Positions 22,420 through 33,551 of a stretch of DNA of 40,660 nucleotides are shown here, one piece after another. Location: assembly GCA_003614675.1 (NCBI GenBank), contig ML002336.1, positions 1 to 40,660 of the forward strand. The letters are read 5' to 3'. Made by a program: the position numbers and the translations under genes. Each line of letters begins with the position of its first letter. Position 1 is the first letter of the stretch. Below the pieces are notes generated by a model. It saw nothing but the letters and a program-made list of their open reading frames with translations. It was not told the origin of the DNA and ran no database searches. Origin of the DNA: Dimargaris cristalligena. Taxonomy: Eukaryota.

Positions 22420-24258
22420 TGGGGGGAGGGAGGGGGGGTGGATAACAAGTACCCTAGTTAGTCCTTGTAGTTAACTACTAACACATAAATAGTATGCACC
22501 ACTTCTGCTCAAAGTGTGGATTATAGGAAGCACTGGATTTCTAGCAGAAGGAAAGAGGGAAAAAAATCAAGGGGGAGAGGGTACCCATGAGGTATCCATG
22601 GACTACTTTGGCCACATCTCCTTATTACTGATGGGTTTAATATCCACTGGCATCATAAATTCACCCAAATTTGTGAACACATAGGCGGTACTTAAACATG
22701 GGGTATAGGGGGGGGGGAGTATAGAGCTATTTGTGGATTCAGATGAAGTAGAGTTTTATTTAAAGTGAATATAAGGTAGGCAACCTTTTGGTCATAATTT
22801 ACCATCCACAGGGAACATATTAAAGGGTAAGTGGCTCAAAAACCCTCAAAAGCTACATATAAAGAGGGAAAGGACATGGGGAGGATAATAAACAGACCCT
22901 GGGAAGAAATCAGGCCCTTATAACAACCTACCCAACTTAGCTGGATAGGGGTTATTATTATTATCAGTAAAGTGGGGGGCCACAGGACAAGGTCTTTGCT
23001 AAGGTAGAAAAAATAGTGCTAAACTAAGTAACTAGCCTATTGGACTATCTAATCTACCTTAATCTAGACACAGTGGTGTCCATCTCCATTAGGCCTTATA
23101 GCACCATATTAACCTTCCCATGGTCACCCCCAGTACTATGGGATCATCCCCTATCATATAACTATTTCCCTTTTAGGCTCTGCTGCTTTGTACTAATTAC
23201 TCTGGTGCTGATCTGAAGACTCTTCTGGTTACTATCAGAGTCTTTTAAGTCCTCATGGTTATCTGGTTGGCCTATTTATCTTATCCTAGTCTTAGTAGTA
23301 TCCTTCTCTTGGGACCTCCCTCTGGAGTCATCCCCACATATATATAACTGGGCCCCATTGGGACCAGTTTGGGGCCTTAGCTTATTATTATCCCCTAGTT
23401 TATCCTAATAAACCCTATATACACTCATCACCCTTGTATTGACTAGTAAGTGTGCTCACTACATGTCCTTTACCTGTACCTACATTTTGTAGCCTTTATT
23501 AGTTAGTACTATGCCCCCTACCTAATGCCAAGACCCACTTAGCCCAGCCCAAGCCCCATCTGCCATTAGAAGCCTATCCTTAGGACTCTTGACTGACTAA
23601 GAGTGGTTAACCTAGGCAATAGTACAGTACTACAGTTTATTTTATGGGAGGGTAGTGATAAAAAAGTATAAAATGAGCAGGGTGTCTTATGCTAAGTAGC
23701 TGAGCATCATCTTTTAATAACTTTCTCTGTGCATTGGATTATTCAGCCCCATATCCACACTCTCTCATATCCACTTGGTTCACAAAATTCACACCAGACT
23801 ATTTCTGTAATAACTTAGCTGCCTGTAGTACCCATCCACTTCACCTGTCTGTATTTACTCTGTTAAACTGAGACTTACCTGAACCTCCACCATACAACCT
23901 CAGCATATAAACCTTCTTGCTCTGGTTACCCTTAGTCTCTCCCCCAACAGCTACAACTGGGTTAGTGCAATGGAAGACAAACAGCCTGGTGATGGATTGA
24001 TGAAAAACTTCATGATGAAACTGCACAGCATTTTTGGTGGTAAAGGTGCCCCTAGCCCAAGCTATACAAAGGCTGATCTACCTGAATGGGACTATGAAGG
24101 CATCTTAGACTGGGATTTGGGACCTGAGCCCACTGGAAGAAAGTGGACCTCCAAAGAAATACTGAACTATATATCTGAGCAACCCATTGCACCAGTCCTG
24201 GTAAGTCTTAAATGTATTTTACATACCCCACCATGGCTAAATAGATATAACTCATATT
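22268..24258. other. CpG desert (methylation- or RIP-like mutated domain)
   Basis: By eye, only one CG dinucleotide (22686) in about 1,990 bp, although C and G runs are plentiful. Flanking genes are CpG-rich. Confidence 0.85.
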
Positions 24259-25854
24259 CGCATGCCTGGATAGGGCGCACCAATGAATTAAAGGGACTTG
24301 CCAAGGAATACCCTAATCTGTAGCTGTGTAGCAGCAACTCCGATATTTTCATAACCATTGATGTCTGTTCTATCCACACTATGCATATATGTAGATGACA
24401 AGCATGAATGTCATACAAAAAATCTACCCCTCTTGACATAGTGTGCTATTTCTATATGGATACTAATTTGCGCCTTAACTACACGTATTATTTCATCCAC
24501 TCACAACTAGAAAACTTACCGTCAATTGCAAGTTGCCTTGAAAGCCTACCCCGAACTTTCCGAATCGGGTTATGCATCGGGGAATGTGGTTTCTAATGAG
24601 CTTCCTTGGCCCAAACGTATAACAATGATACCCAAGTTCAAGAAATCGGTCCGGAATTCATTTGTTCCCTGGTAAACACTGCTCCATTACCAATTGGCCG
24701 TCGGATACTGGAGACAAACCTGTCGCATGATAGAAATCGTTTATGGTATGGATGTCGATACATTAGACCTATCAAAATCAATCAGTGCTACCAAGAAACT
24801 TGATGCCTTCGAGATCAAGGCAATTGCCCAAGGTAGTGGCGTCCTCAAAAAGGATGCATATCGATTCATCGATCTGACCGAGCTATGGAAATTGGACCCA
24901 GCAAAGCAGTTACCGTTCTTGGCTCTTGTCGACTTCGCTACCAATCCCGAAGATATTGTCAATCTTTTTTACGACCTGGTTAACCGTTCATTTGATTTTC
25001 TCGTTCATCGGGACTGGGCCAAACAGTTCCCGGCGCTCAAATATGGGGACGGCCCCCTGTCGGATTTGGTCAAACAGTTTCAGCTTAAGAATCTCAGGCT
25101 TGAAGCGGGATTTACTTACTGGGATATGTTTGAGAGCGTGACGGCCATTATAATGGCATGGTTGGCCCTAACGGAGAAATTCGATTACATGGATTTCTTG
25201 GTGAAAAATATTCAAAGAGCTGGAAAGCATTACGCCAATGGCGCTGTTCGTAAACAGACAACCAAGAACCTCGAAGCGGCGGGCATAATGCTGTTGGCTA
25301 TGACTGAACAAGGTAATCGTATTGATAATATGTTATACTTCTTCTCATTTATTGGACCCGATGAATCTAAGGCAATTAATGACCCCAAGCCGAGTGTCGT
25401 GGATTGCAGTATAATCGGTGAAATGCGCCAACTTGGTTTAATCAAGGGTGCGGACTATCTTGAGAAAACCAAGGAATGCAAGAATTCTGAAGATTCCGCT
25501 AAATATTTTGCTGGCAAAATAGCCAATCCGGATTTTGCGCCCCTCCGGCAGCTGCGACTTCTGGAAGAAGTTGACAAGCCTTGTATGAGCGTACCGGTTA
25601 TGATTTCAGAGTTTGATGCGAATACCAAAAGTCAGCTTGCGGACTTGGGGCCTTGGGAACATGATACATATTGGAAGTTGGGGCAATCGTTTGCTGACAA
25701 TCATAGCCATAAATATTGGATGATCGGGAATTCGGTTGATAAGGACACTGAAGATGTGAATTTGGCGACTGGGCAATCACCAGATGACGCCCACAAAAAT
25801 GCACCGACGACGGATGGGATATGGTATACTGAACTTAACCCCGATTTGCAGTAG
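23892..25854 (+). pseudogene. Disrupted gene for a lineage-specific secreted (effector-like) protein; reconstructed exons 23892-24200, 24294-24362, 24511-25854
   Basis: ccACC-ATA at 23892 opens a signal-peptide-like frame (IQPQHINLLALVTLSLSPNSYNWVSA) continuous with ORF 23970. Donor GTAAGT at 24201. Exon 2 has an in-frame TAG at 24321-23. The acceptor CTAG at 24510 starts a frame (KTYRQLQVALKAYPELSESG...) continuous with the 386-aa ORF except for a TAA at 24673-75. Exon 2 boundaries (AAG acceptor, GTCTGT donor) are weak. Confidence 0.6.
24694..25854 (+). CDS. Remaining intact 3' reading frame (386 aa) of the hypothetical secreted protein
   Basis: Long open frame with globular, helical composition and normal CpG content, followed by a T-rich 3' region. 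No recognisable domain. Confidence 0.55.
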   Translation: MAVGYWRQTCRMIEIVYGMDVDTLDLSKSISATKKLDAFEIKAIAQGSGVLKKDAYRFIDLTELWKLDPAKQLPFLALVDFATNPEDIVNLFYDLVNRSFDFLVHRDWAKQFPALKYGDGPLSDLVKQFQLKNLRLEAGFTYWDMFESVTAIIMAWLALTEKFDYMDFLVKNIQRAGKHYANGAVRKQTTKNLEAAGIMLLAMTEQGNRIDNMLYFFSFIGPDESKAINDPKPSVVDCSIIGEMRQLGLIKGADYLEKTKECKNSEDSAKYFAGKIANPDFAPLRQLRLLEEVDKPCMSVPVMISEFDANTKSQLADLGPWEHDTYWKLGQSFADNHSHKYWMIGNSVDKDTEDVNLATGQSPDDAHKNAPTTDGIWYTELNPDLQ

Positions 25855-28800
25855 AACCAAATCCAGTATGCTCGTTTACCAATATTATTTCACGATATTT
25901 TCCTCTATTTTATTTTTCAACTCACTTTCGTTTATTTAGTTAGACGACTTTGCTTTGTATATGTATGCTCCCTCCGTAGAAATAAATATCTATTAAATTA
26001 ATCATATTTGACCATTATTGTGCTATTGGGTACTTTGAGATAACTATTCCGACTATGCGCTCTGGTGTGGAAGTAGGTGGTGGTGTTATTAGAAATAAGT
26101 ATCTCTCTTCAGTTTAATTGCCGATAGGGGGGGTTCCAGTTCAAATTTAAGGAATAGTACCTTCAAATACATGGAAAACACCAAATGTGAGTTTTTGGTA
26201 GGATACACTTGCTTAACTATGTCACCTACCTGTAACAATATACCATAGGGCCCTTCGAAAGCGTATTTTATTAGCAGCATATAAATAAACAAAAAACGGA
26301 GGCACCTTACTCTTTTTTTTTTGCTGCTAGTTGTTAGGGTGAGCGTATGGTAGCAACATTTATAATGCCTTGGACTGATTATAGCTTAAATGGCACGCGT
26401 AAATCGTTAACAAATGTCAGTTTGAAATAAACTTATCTCATTTATCAGATAGGTGAGCCCCCAAACCAACGGACCAAGGGAGCTTCAATGGTTCGGCGCT
26501 CGAACACCACATGTAAATCCATTGAGTGGAATTCTACTAGGCTGGGATGACTGTCAACGGGGATTTGGTTGTAATCGAGGAGTGGTACCAACCATAGGGA
26601 AGATTACGTCTAAACAAAGGGTATTAACCAGTGGTAGACTTATAGTACGTACTATTGAATATACTGGGGAATCAATAGGAGGTGACCTGGAGGAGTATTG
26701 AAGGACCTCGTAGGACGGACAAATTAGAAAAAAGAATGGCAGCATTGGAGGGTACCCTCTGACCACGGGAAGGCGCTCAGAGAAATGGTGGAAACTGGCG
26801 GAGTAGGCCTCTAAGTATCGGTAGGGATAGGTAATGGATTGCATGTATAGTATTGGACGTTGCTATAGGATAAATACCGTGGCAGTCATGGAGCCGGTTA
26901 TGCTTCACTGTAACATATAATACCCATTTGTTTCAAAGGTGTCAATATCAGCATTAGTTTAGGGTGACAGGGGCATCGATGTTTTTAGCATGTTCCCAAC
27001 GGGCTATAAAGGCACGGTGTCGTATTTATCTAGCAGGCTAGGTGTCGTAGGTTGAATTATAGAAAATATTAAAACGCCCTATTCCTAGGACAAGTCCATA
27101 GAGGGACATTGGAATCATGGTTTCAAATCGTACTTTATAAAATAATGAATGGGAGTACTAGGGGTTATTTGATCAGTAAGTTAAACAGCGAGGAGCAATT
27201 GAATAATTGATCCATTAACTGGGGCTAGGTAATATATATATGTATGGCTTTATAGGGCCAAGCACACAGTTGGGCCATACAACAGGGCCAGTTAAGATGG
27301 TGTTAAAGGACACTACCAGAAGATAAGGCACGTAGATAATGGATAGTGAATAAGTGGTGATAGAGTACGGATGTTTAATAGACGCATGAGAAAGACCGGG
27401 GGGGGGTTCAAAGGCGATTAAACTGCTTCGGCCATTGATATACTGCGTCCCATGGATAAGACCTGGGCAGTTCAGAAACTGCGACTTGGATGTCATCAAT
27501 TTTAAGATTATTCGTTAAATACGATGCATTATATACTGCTATATTATTAGACGCCCTTCGCAACATGGGTTTGAGCAACCTTAAGACTATTATTATTTGG
27601 TGTAGGCTATTCTGGTACGTATGGGAGGTTATAACTTGTGGTGGGAATCAAATGTTTATTCGTGGGGTTATACATGACTAAGCGCTTGGGATTCGGGGGA
27701 ATCTATTTATATGATATGCCGACAGATGAGGCGGATGTGTTCATAAGATCTCTATCGATATTTATACCGCCAACTATGAATCGTGAAGCTAGGAGTGGGG
27801 GTAGTCCAACAATACAGCACCATAAACAGGAACGTTCTTTGGAAGACTGGAGATGTAATACTATGCAAGTAGGAGATACACCGGGCCATTGATAAGAGAT
27901 ATATATTGAACAGTATACTAACCGGAAGCCTTCGCCAGGCTTAGGGTGGAGGCTATGTGCCCTGCAACGGAGTGCTTGTCTGGTGAGGAGAAGTTAAGGT
28001 GGACCTGGTATAAGGGGAAGAGATGTTGTTTGGCCGGGTTGGTTTCCAGTGCAGTTTGCATTAGTTCCGCATTGACCATACAGTTAGGCCAGGCAGCCCA
28101 TCCGCTACACAAGGCATACTGTCCCGTCTCCTTCTTATTATTTTCTTTTCTTTTTTTCATTCAATTGTGGTGTAAAAAGACCAGCGGCCGGGCTGGAAAC
28201 AGAAGATGGTGTGTTGTACCAGATTGCCGCTAGTACATTTAATACACGGGGCTTATTAAACCCCGACCCAAAGCATACGCCATGCTGAAGCCCGCGGCCA
28301 GGGGAAGCGGAACCGACCATACTTGGAAAGATTGGTGTGGGCCCAGGAGCATTAAAGTGCTGTACATATGCAAACATTGCTACAGACGTGGGAAGGCGGT
28401 AGATGGGCACACCAGCTAGCCATAGATGCCAACCCAACCTCTTCTTGGCTTTAATACCTCAGTAATCTGCCGCCCCATATACATCATCACCACCCACTCC
28501 ACTCTATTACTACATACTTCTCGTATATACCATCTCTATTTACATACAACGTACCTTTGGAAAACCCCCCAAAGTATGAATCTTCCCCTTATTGGGGGAT
28601 CGCAGTTCTGTTTGACCCCGGTTAACAAGGTGCCTCGGACCACGGCTGCTGACAGAGGACGACGGCGCCATGAGTCTCTGGCGGCATTTTGGAACTGGTG
28701 GCTGCTGCAGTGCCGGTACACCCGGCTAAAAGTTGGGTCACAAAAATAGAACGCACTCACCTTGGGCTATGCAGAGTCGCTCAATAGTGCAATCCCGACC

Positions 28801-29011
28801 GACATGCCCATTGTTTCATGGCTATAGGAAGAAACTGGGCCTCTCTATACGGGGCCGCTTCGTTGGCAGTGAAGGGGGCGGATACTATCTCCAATCTCTC
28901 TTTTTTTTGCCCCTTCCACCCGCCCCCTCCCCCTTGGGTCCATGGGGAAGTAAATCCCTCGCCAGTGGCCAGAAATTCCTAACGGAGGTTACCGGTAGTT
29001 GGGGAATACCT

Positions 29012-29019
29012 TATATAAA
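29012..29019 (+). promoter_or_regulatory. Putative TATA box upstream of the Pro-rich secreted protein gene
   Basis: TATATAAA about 530 bp upstream of ATG 29545, followed by a long pyrimidine-rich leader that may contain a 5'UTR intron ending ...AACCAG at 29504. Confidence 0.3.
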
Positions 29020-29544
29020 CCGGATCCCTCCCCCGGTTGATTTGAATCTTAACTCTCCATAGTACAGGTGTATTCAATCCATTAGCTATTTGACCGGTTA
29101 CATTTGGCCTATTCTCCACTACAATTCTTTCCTTTATAGTTCAGCCTTTCCTTCTAAACTCCATCTCTTCCAGTATTTTTGATCTACTAGCCTGTGGCTC
29201 AGTGTTTCTCCGTGCCATTCTTAACTCCGCACCATCTAACCGGCTTGGATCCGTATTGTTCGTCGCATCCCTTTCGCAGAATTGCTGTATTTGTTAGTTG
29301 AGACCCGCCCTGGTTGCGCCATTCTTCTACATTCAGCTGATCCGTATTCTTAAATATCATTTAATTCTTGGCCTAATTTCTGTAATTTCATTTTCATTCA
29401 ACGTACTTAACTCCTCCACTTCCAATCCATCCATTCCCCCCAAAAGTTCGATAGTCCTTCCGCTTTTCCTTGCTCAATTACCATCCACTGTTTTTATAAA
29501 CCAGCTTACCGGTTTCTCCCCTCTCCCTCCAACAAACCATCCAC

Positions 29545-29994
29545 ATGCACTTCACTACCCTCAAATCCTTCATGGCTCTTACCATCGTCGGCATTGTCTT
29601 CACCTCCCTTGTGACCGCTCAACAGGACGGCCGCCGTGGCCGAGACGGTAAAGATGGGCAGGACGGTCAGGATGGCCAAGACGGCGGCGAATCGGACCAG
29701 GTCATCATGGAAGCCCCGCCCATGGCCGCCGCCGCCGCGGTCGCTGTCCCCGCTGGCGGTTACGTCCAGGCCCCGGCTCCGGCCCCGGTCTACCCCGCCT
29801 CGGCCACCCCGACCCCATCGTGCACCAAGAAGCCATCCGGCTATGTCGCGGCCGATCCCCCGGCTCCCGCCCCCGCCCCTACCTCCACTCAGAAACCCCA
29901 GGGCTATGTCACCGCTGCTCCCCCCGCTCCCGCCCCGACCTCCATTCAGAAACCCCAGGGCTACGTCACCGCTGCTCCACCCCCAGCTTATTAG
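29545..29994 (+). CDS. Small secreted Pro/Ala-rich protein with short collagen-like G-X-Y run and three KPxGYV repeats
   Basis: Signal peptide MHFTTLKSFMALTIVGIVFTSLVTA; GRR-GRD-GKD-GQD-GQD-GQD-GGE; repeats TKKPSGYVAADPPAPAP, TQKPQGYVTAAPPAPAP, IQKPQGYVTAAPPPAY. Strong C/G-ending codon bias. Confidence 0.8.
   Translation: MHFTTLKSFMALTIVGIVFTSLVTAQQDGRRGRDGKDGQDGQDGQDGGESDQVIMEAPPMAAAAAVAVPAGGYVQAPAPAPVYPASATPTPSCTKKPSGYVAADPPAPAPAPTSTQKPQGYVTAAPPAPAPTSIQKPQGYVTAAPPPAY
29818..29988 (+). repeat. Three imperfect ~57-63 bp coding tandem repeats
   Basis: cagaaaccccagggcta(t/c)gtcaccgctgctcc occurs twice nearly identically, plus one diverged copy. Confidence 0.8.
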
Positions 29995-31211
29995 AGCTGC
30001 CGCTACCATCCTCCCGGTTGGGGGGACTTTCTGTACGAGCGAAAGAGGTGGGAGGGGCTGTCTATCCAGTCCTATCTAAACTCTCTACCATGGCTAATGT
30101 CCGCCCCCTTGGACTATGGGGGAATGCTGCACATATAACAAGCACCGGTTCTCGTGCATGGCATGCGCTAGCATAGGTATTGTCCCCGGCGTCCTATTAC
30201 CTTGTTTTTTCTTCTTAGCACCCACCAATATAGTACACTTTTTTAAAGTGAACCCGAACGTCCGCTGTTGCTGCCTTGCTGTTTACTGGGACTGAACACT
30301 CACTAATAAAAACCCTTGTCCTTTGGTCTTACATCAGAACTGCTGAAGCCCGGGTATGGAGAGGATGGGCTAACGTGAACTTTGAAATGTCCTTGTTGGT
30401 CTACAATTGATAAGCTTAAAATTCCATGCATTTTTTAAATTGTGTTCCAGGCTGGAATTCGGAGGATCTAGAGGAAAACCAGTTGAATGTTAAACTAAAA
30501 TCTACGACTGGATTATTTTGGACATTGTACGATTTGTCTCTAGCCAATTGCCAAATAAGGACTGCGGATTCGCTGGATAGTCGCCATGAACGTAGGGCGG
30601 CTATGTGGTATGCACACCAGACGTTATAACGAAGCCGAGCTCCGTGAATTAAAATCATTTTTTTAGCCGCAATAAGATTGGCCAGTTCGATGTTCAAGAT
30701 GAAGTGGCGACAGTTTGAAAGCCCCGTGGGCTATTAGGCTTTGTTCAGGGGAAACTCATGTAAAATCCCATAAAAGGCAGCTGTAGTTGTGATAATATTG
30801 AGGATAATATGGTTCCAAGAATTAATGGCTATAGCTAGCAGTATATAATTGGTTTTCTAAGATCTAAGAGGAATGAGGGATATAGGTCCAAAGGCCCTAA
30901 AACTCCACACACTCATACGTTCGGCCAGACGCTAAATATTGCCCAGCGGCCATCGATTAGTGAGAGAACTTTCCAAATAGGCGTCGTATCGACACGACTC
31001 AGGCAACCACAGTAAAAAAGACCAGTATTGAGCCCACCACTCCAGTCAATTATCACTTTACTTTCTTTCCCACTTGCTAGTTATTGCAATTTACTATTCC
31101 CATTCTTTCCATTTAGACTGTGCATCCAGAGGAAATAGTCCTTTGCTAAGACATATAATCCACTTCATTTCGGAACCGCCTTTTCCCTCACCACTCCTCC
31201 CCCCCTTGACC

Positions 31212-31955
31212 ATGGCTATGAATCTTAAAGCGCGAGCGAATGTAAGCATGTTCTTCTCCGTACCAACGGTCGGCTTCAGCAGTTCCCATTCGAAGCCGAT
31301 GGACCAGCACCATCGTCTCCCTGCTCTACTTATAACCGACTTGCTCACCTCTCCCCTCTTTTTGTTGTATACATTCGCCTCTACCGTACCCAATGCTATG
31401 GTCTTTGACCGTTAGGTTCGCCTACCCCCCGAAGTCAACCGCATCCTCTTTATCCGCAATCTCCCATTCAAGATCACCAATGAGGACTTGTACGACCTGT
31501 TCGGTCGGTACGGCGCCATCCGGCAAATCCGCGTGGGTAATGAAACGACCACAAAGGGCACGGCCTATGTGGTCTACGAGGATATCATCGACGCCAAAAC
31601 GGCTCTCGAGCATCTTCAAGGGTTTAACTTGATGGGCCGGTACTTGATCGTACTATACTTTCAGCCCCATAAAATGTCCCGAAAGGCCGAAATGGATCGG
31701 AAAGAAAGTGAAATTAATAAGCTTAAAACGTAAGTAGAATATAGATGTCTTTAGCAATTTGACTGGACCGGAATTCTGACAAGATATTATACAATATGTG
31801 ACCACTATTATTGGAGTCTTAAAAAATATCCCTCTAGCCACGATAGCAATGAATCTTTTAGTCCATTGCTCTGTGATCTAACCCTTCGTTGATTATATGT
31901 ATATTGTGACACTTGATACGATTCCTTCATTCCTAGCCGCTACCAAATCGAATAA
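31212..31955 (+). CDS. SF3B6: U2 snRNP branch-site protein SF3b14/p14; exons 31212-31241, 31416-31729, 31937-31955
   Basis: [90 protein letters not shown] is the p14 RRM. A second GTAAGT...CTAG intron gives the C-terminus KLKTRYQIE*. Confidence 0.93.
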
Positions 31956-32332
31956 TGATCTAACTTGCTTTAGACGACTCTTTCGAGGCCATACGGCCCT
32001 CAAAGCCGCCACCCGCAAAATACCACGTAGACCTCTGGCTCTCTGCCGATCCCCTATTGACATTTTTACCTGGTGGCTATTCCCAATCACTTCCGGGCCC
32101 AACCAGAATAAGCGAATAAATGTATATTATCCCTCCACCCATTAATTGCTGACCGTTGGAAATAAAAAATAAAGCATACCATTATACGATGCAATCGAAA
32201 TGTGTATTAGTAAATTAGGTCGACCGAGCCATGGATTGAATAAATTAAGTAGTATGCTGGTAGAGAATGCCAATAACCAGATGTCAATCGATGGTCCGAA
32301 AAGCAAAGGCATCCTCCCAGGCCTTTGAAAAT

Positions 32333-33551
32333 TTAGGAAGAGAGCTGAGCTTTGCGCTGCGCCGCTTCAGTCGCGACCAGGTCACGAACCTGCCACCAAG
32401 TGACCGCACGCCACAAGGGTACGGCGAACCAACCCAGGGCGACATACAGGGTATCAAGGGCAAAGTTATTCGCGGGGCCCACGCCTTTACAAACGGCGCG
32501 CACCACATCCCCCAAGGGATCGGACACGATCGCCGGGTACCCCTTGGCCATACCGGCCAACAACTGCTGGGCACAAGCACGGGGTTCGAGGGCCTCGTCT
32601 TCCCCATCGATGATCCGGGTAATGGCGGGTTTGGTTTGGTTTTCGTGGGCGAATCCGGGGGTTTTAATATTGGCCGGAAAGAAACAGTGGACCATAATTC
32701 CGTAGATGCCCAATTCGTAATAGAGGGTTTCGGACAGCATGCGCAGGGCCGCTTTGGTGGGGGCGTATTCGCTGTAACCCGGAATACCGACTAGACCCGC
32801 TTGGGAACTGACGGTGACGACCCGGCCGCGGCAACCCGCTTGGATCATGAGTTTGGCCGCGGCTTGGATGGTATATAAGGCCCCGAAGTAATTGACCCGC
32901 ATGGTGCGTTCGAAATCCGCGGCGGCGTAGTCCAGGAAGAACCGCGGGGTGGTGGTGCCCGCACAGGCGAACACGTACTTCGGGGTGAGCCCGTTTTGCT
33001 GCCGGACGGCCGTGTGCAGGGCTTGCGTACAGGCGACGGGGTCGGCCACGTCCGCGGAGACCGTCCTAATGCGCTGAGTGTCCGGGTGGAGTCGATGGGC
33101 CTCGATGAGGGCCTGTGCGGTGGCGAGTTGCTTTTCATTGCGGGCCACGATGGTGACGTGGGCCCCGGCTTCGGCGAGAAGCACGGCGAGTTGTTCGCCG
33201 AGACCGGCACTGCCGCCGGTGATGTAGCAGTGCTAGAGGAAGGAGATAGGGAGGAGGGATAATGAATTGATATGGAGAAGGTGGGATTAATTGCGTGGAC
33301 TGGAAGTGTGATAGGTGTAAGGGAAGGGGGTAAGAGGGATAGCGGAGTTTATATATATATATATATATATATATTGGGGGTTCAAGTGGATCAGCTATTG
33401 TGGCGAAACGTACCTCACCCTCGAAGTTCAGCGGCGGAGCCCGTTTGCGGGCTTGAATCGAGCAGACTACGAACCAGATGGCATACCCCACCACTGCCGA
33501 CAGAACGGTGGTGACGGTACACGACGAAGTCCAGGCCGAAAGGTCCAGCAT
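32333..33551 (-). CDS. TSC10: 3-ketodihydrosphingosine reductase (SDR family); exons 33551-33414, 33232-32333
   Basis: N-terminal transmembrane segment. The splice LNFEGE|HCYITGGSAGLG restores the Rossmann motif. Catalytic YSEYAPTKAALR, FPANIKTPGFAHENQTKP, and a C-terminal hydrophobic segment are typical of Tsc10/KDSR. Confidence 0.9.
33350..33374. repeat. (TA)n microsatellite in TSC10 intron
   Basis: About 12 TA units seen directly. Confidence 0.9.

Noticed and set aside
22268-24258. Transposon or LTR as the source of the CpG desert
   Set aside because: No terminal repeats or transposase/RT/integrase motifs were recognisable by eye. It cannot be excluded, but it is unsupported.
21559-25854. 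TAA/TAG reassigned to Gln (alternative genetic code) to explain the in-frame stops
   Set aside because: Conserved genes in the same window terminate normally at TAA/TAG and use CAA/CAG for Gln.
25900-29100. Multiple 60-110 aa ORFs in the long intergenic region
   Set aside because: No coding bias, motifs or consistent splice structure; treated as non-coding.
4960-33551. GWT1 + GPI-anchored protein + TSC10 as a GPI/sphingolipid gene cluster
   Set aside because: The genes are dispersed among unrelated loci with no shared motif seen; likely coincidental without synteny evidence.
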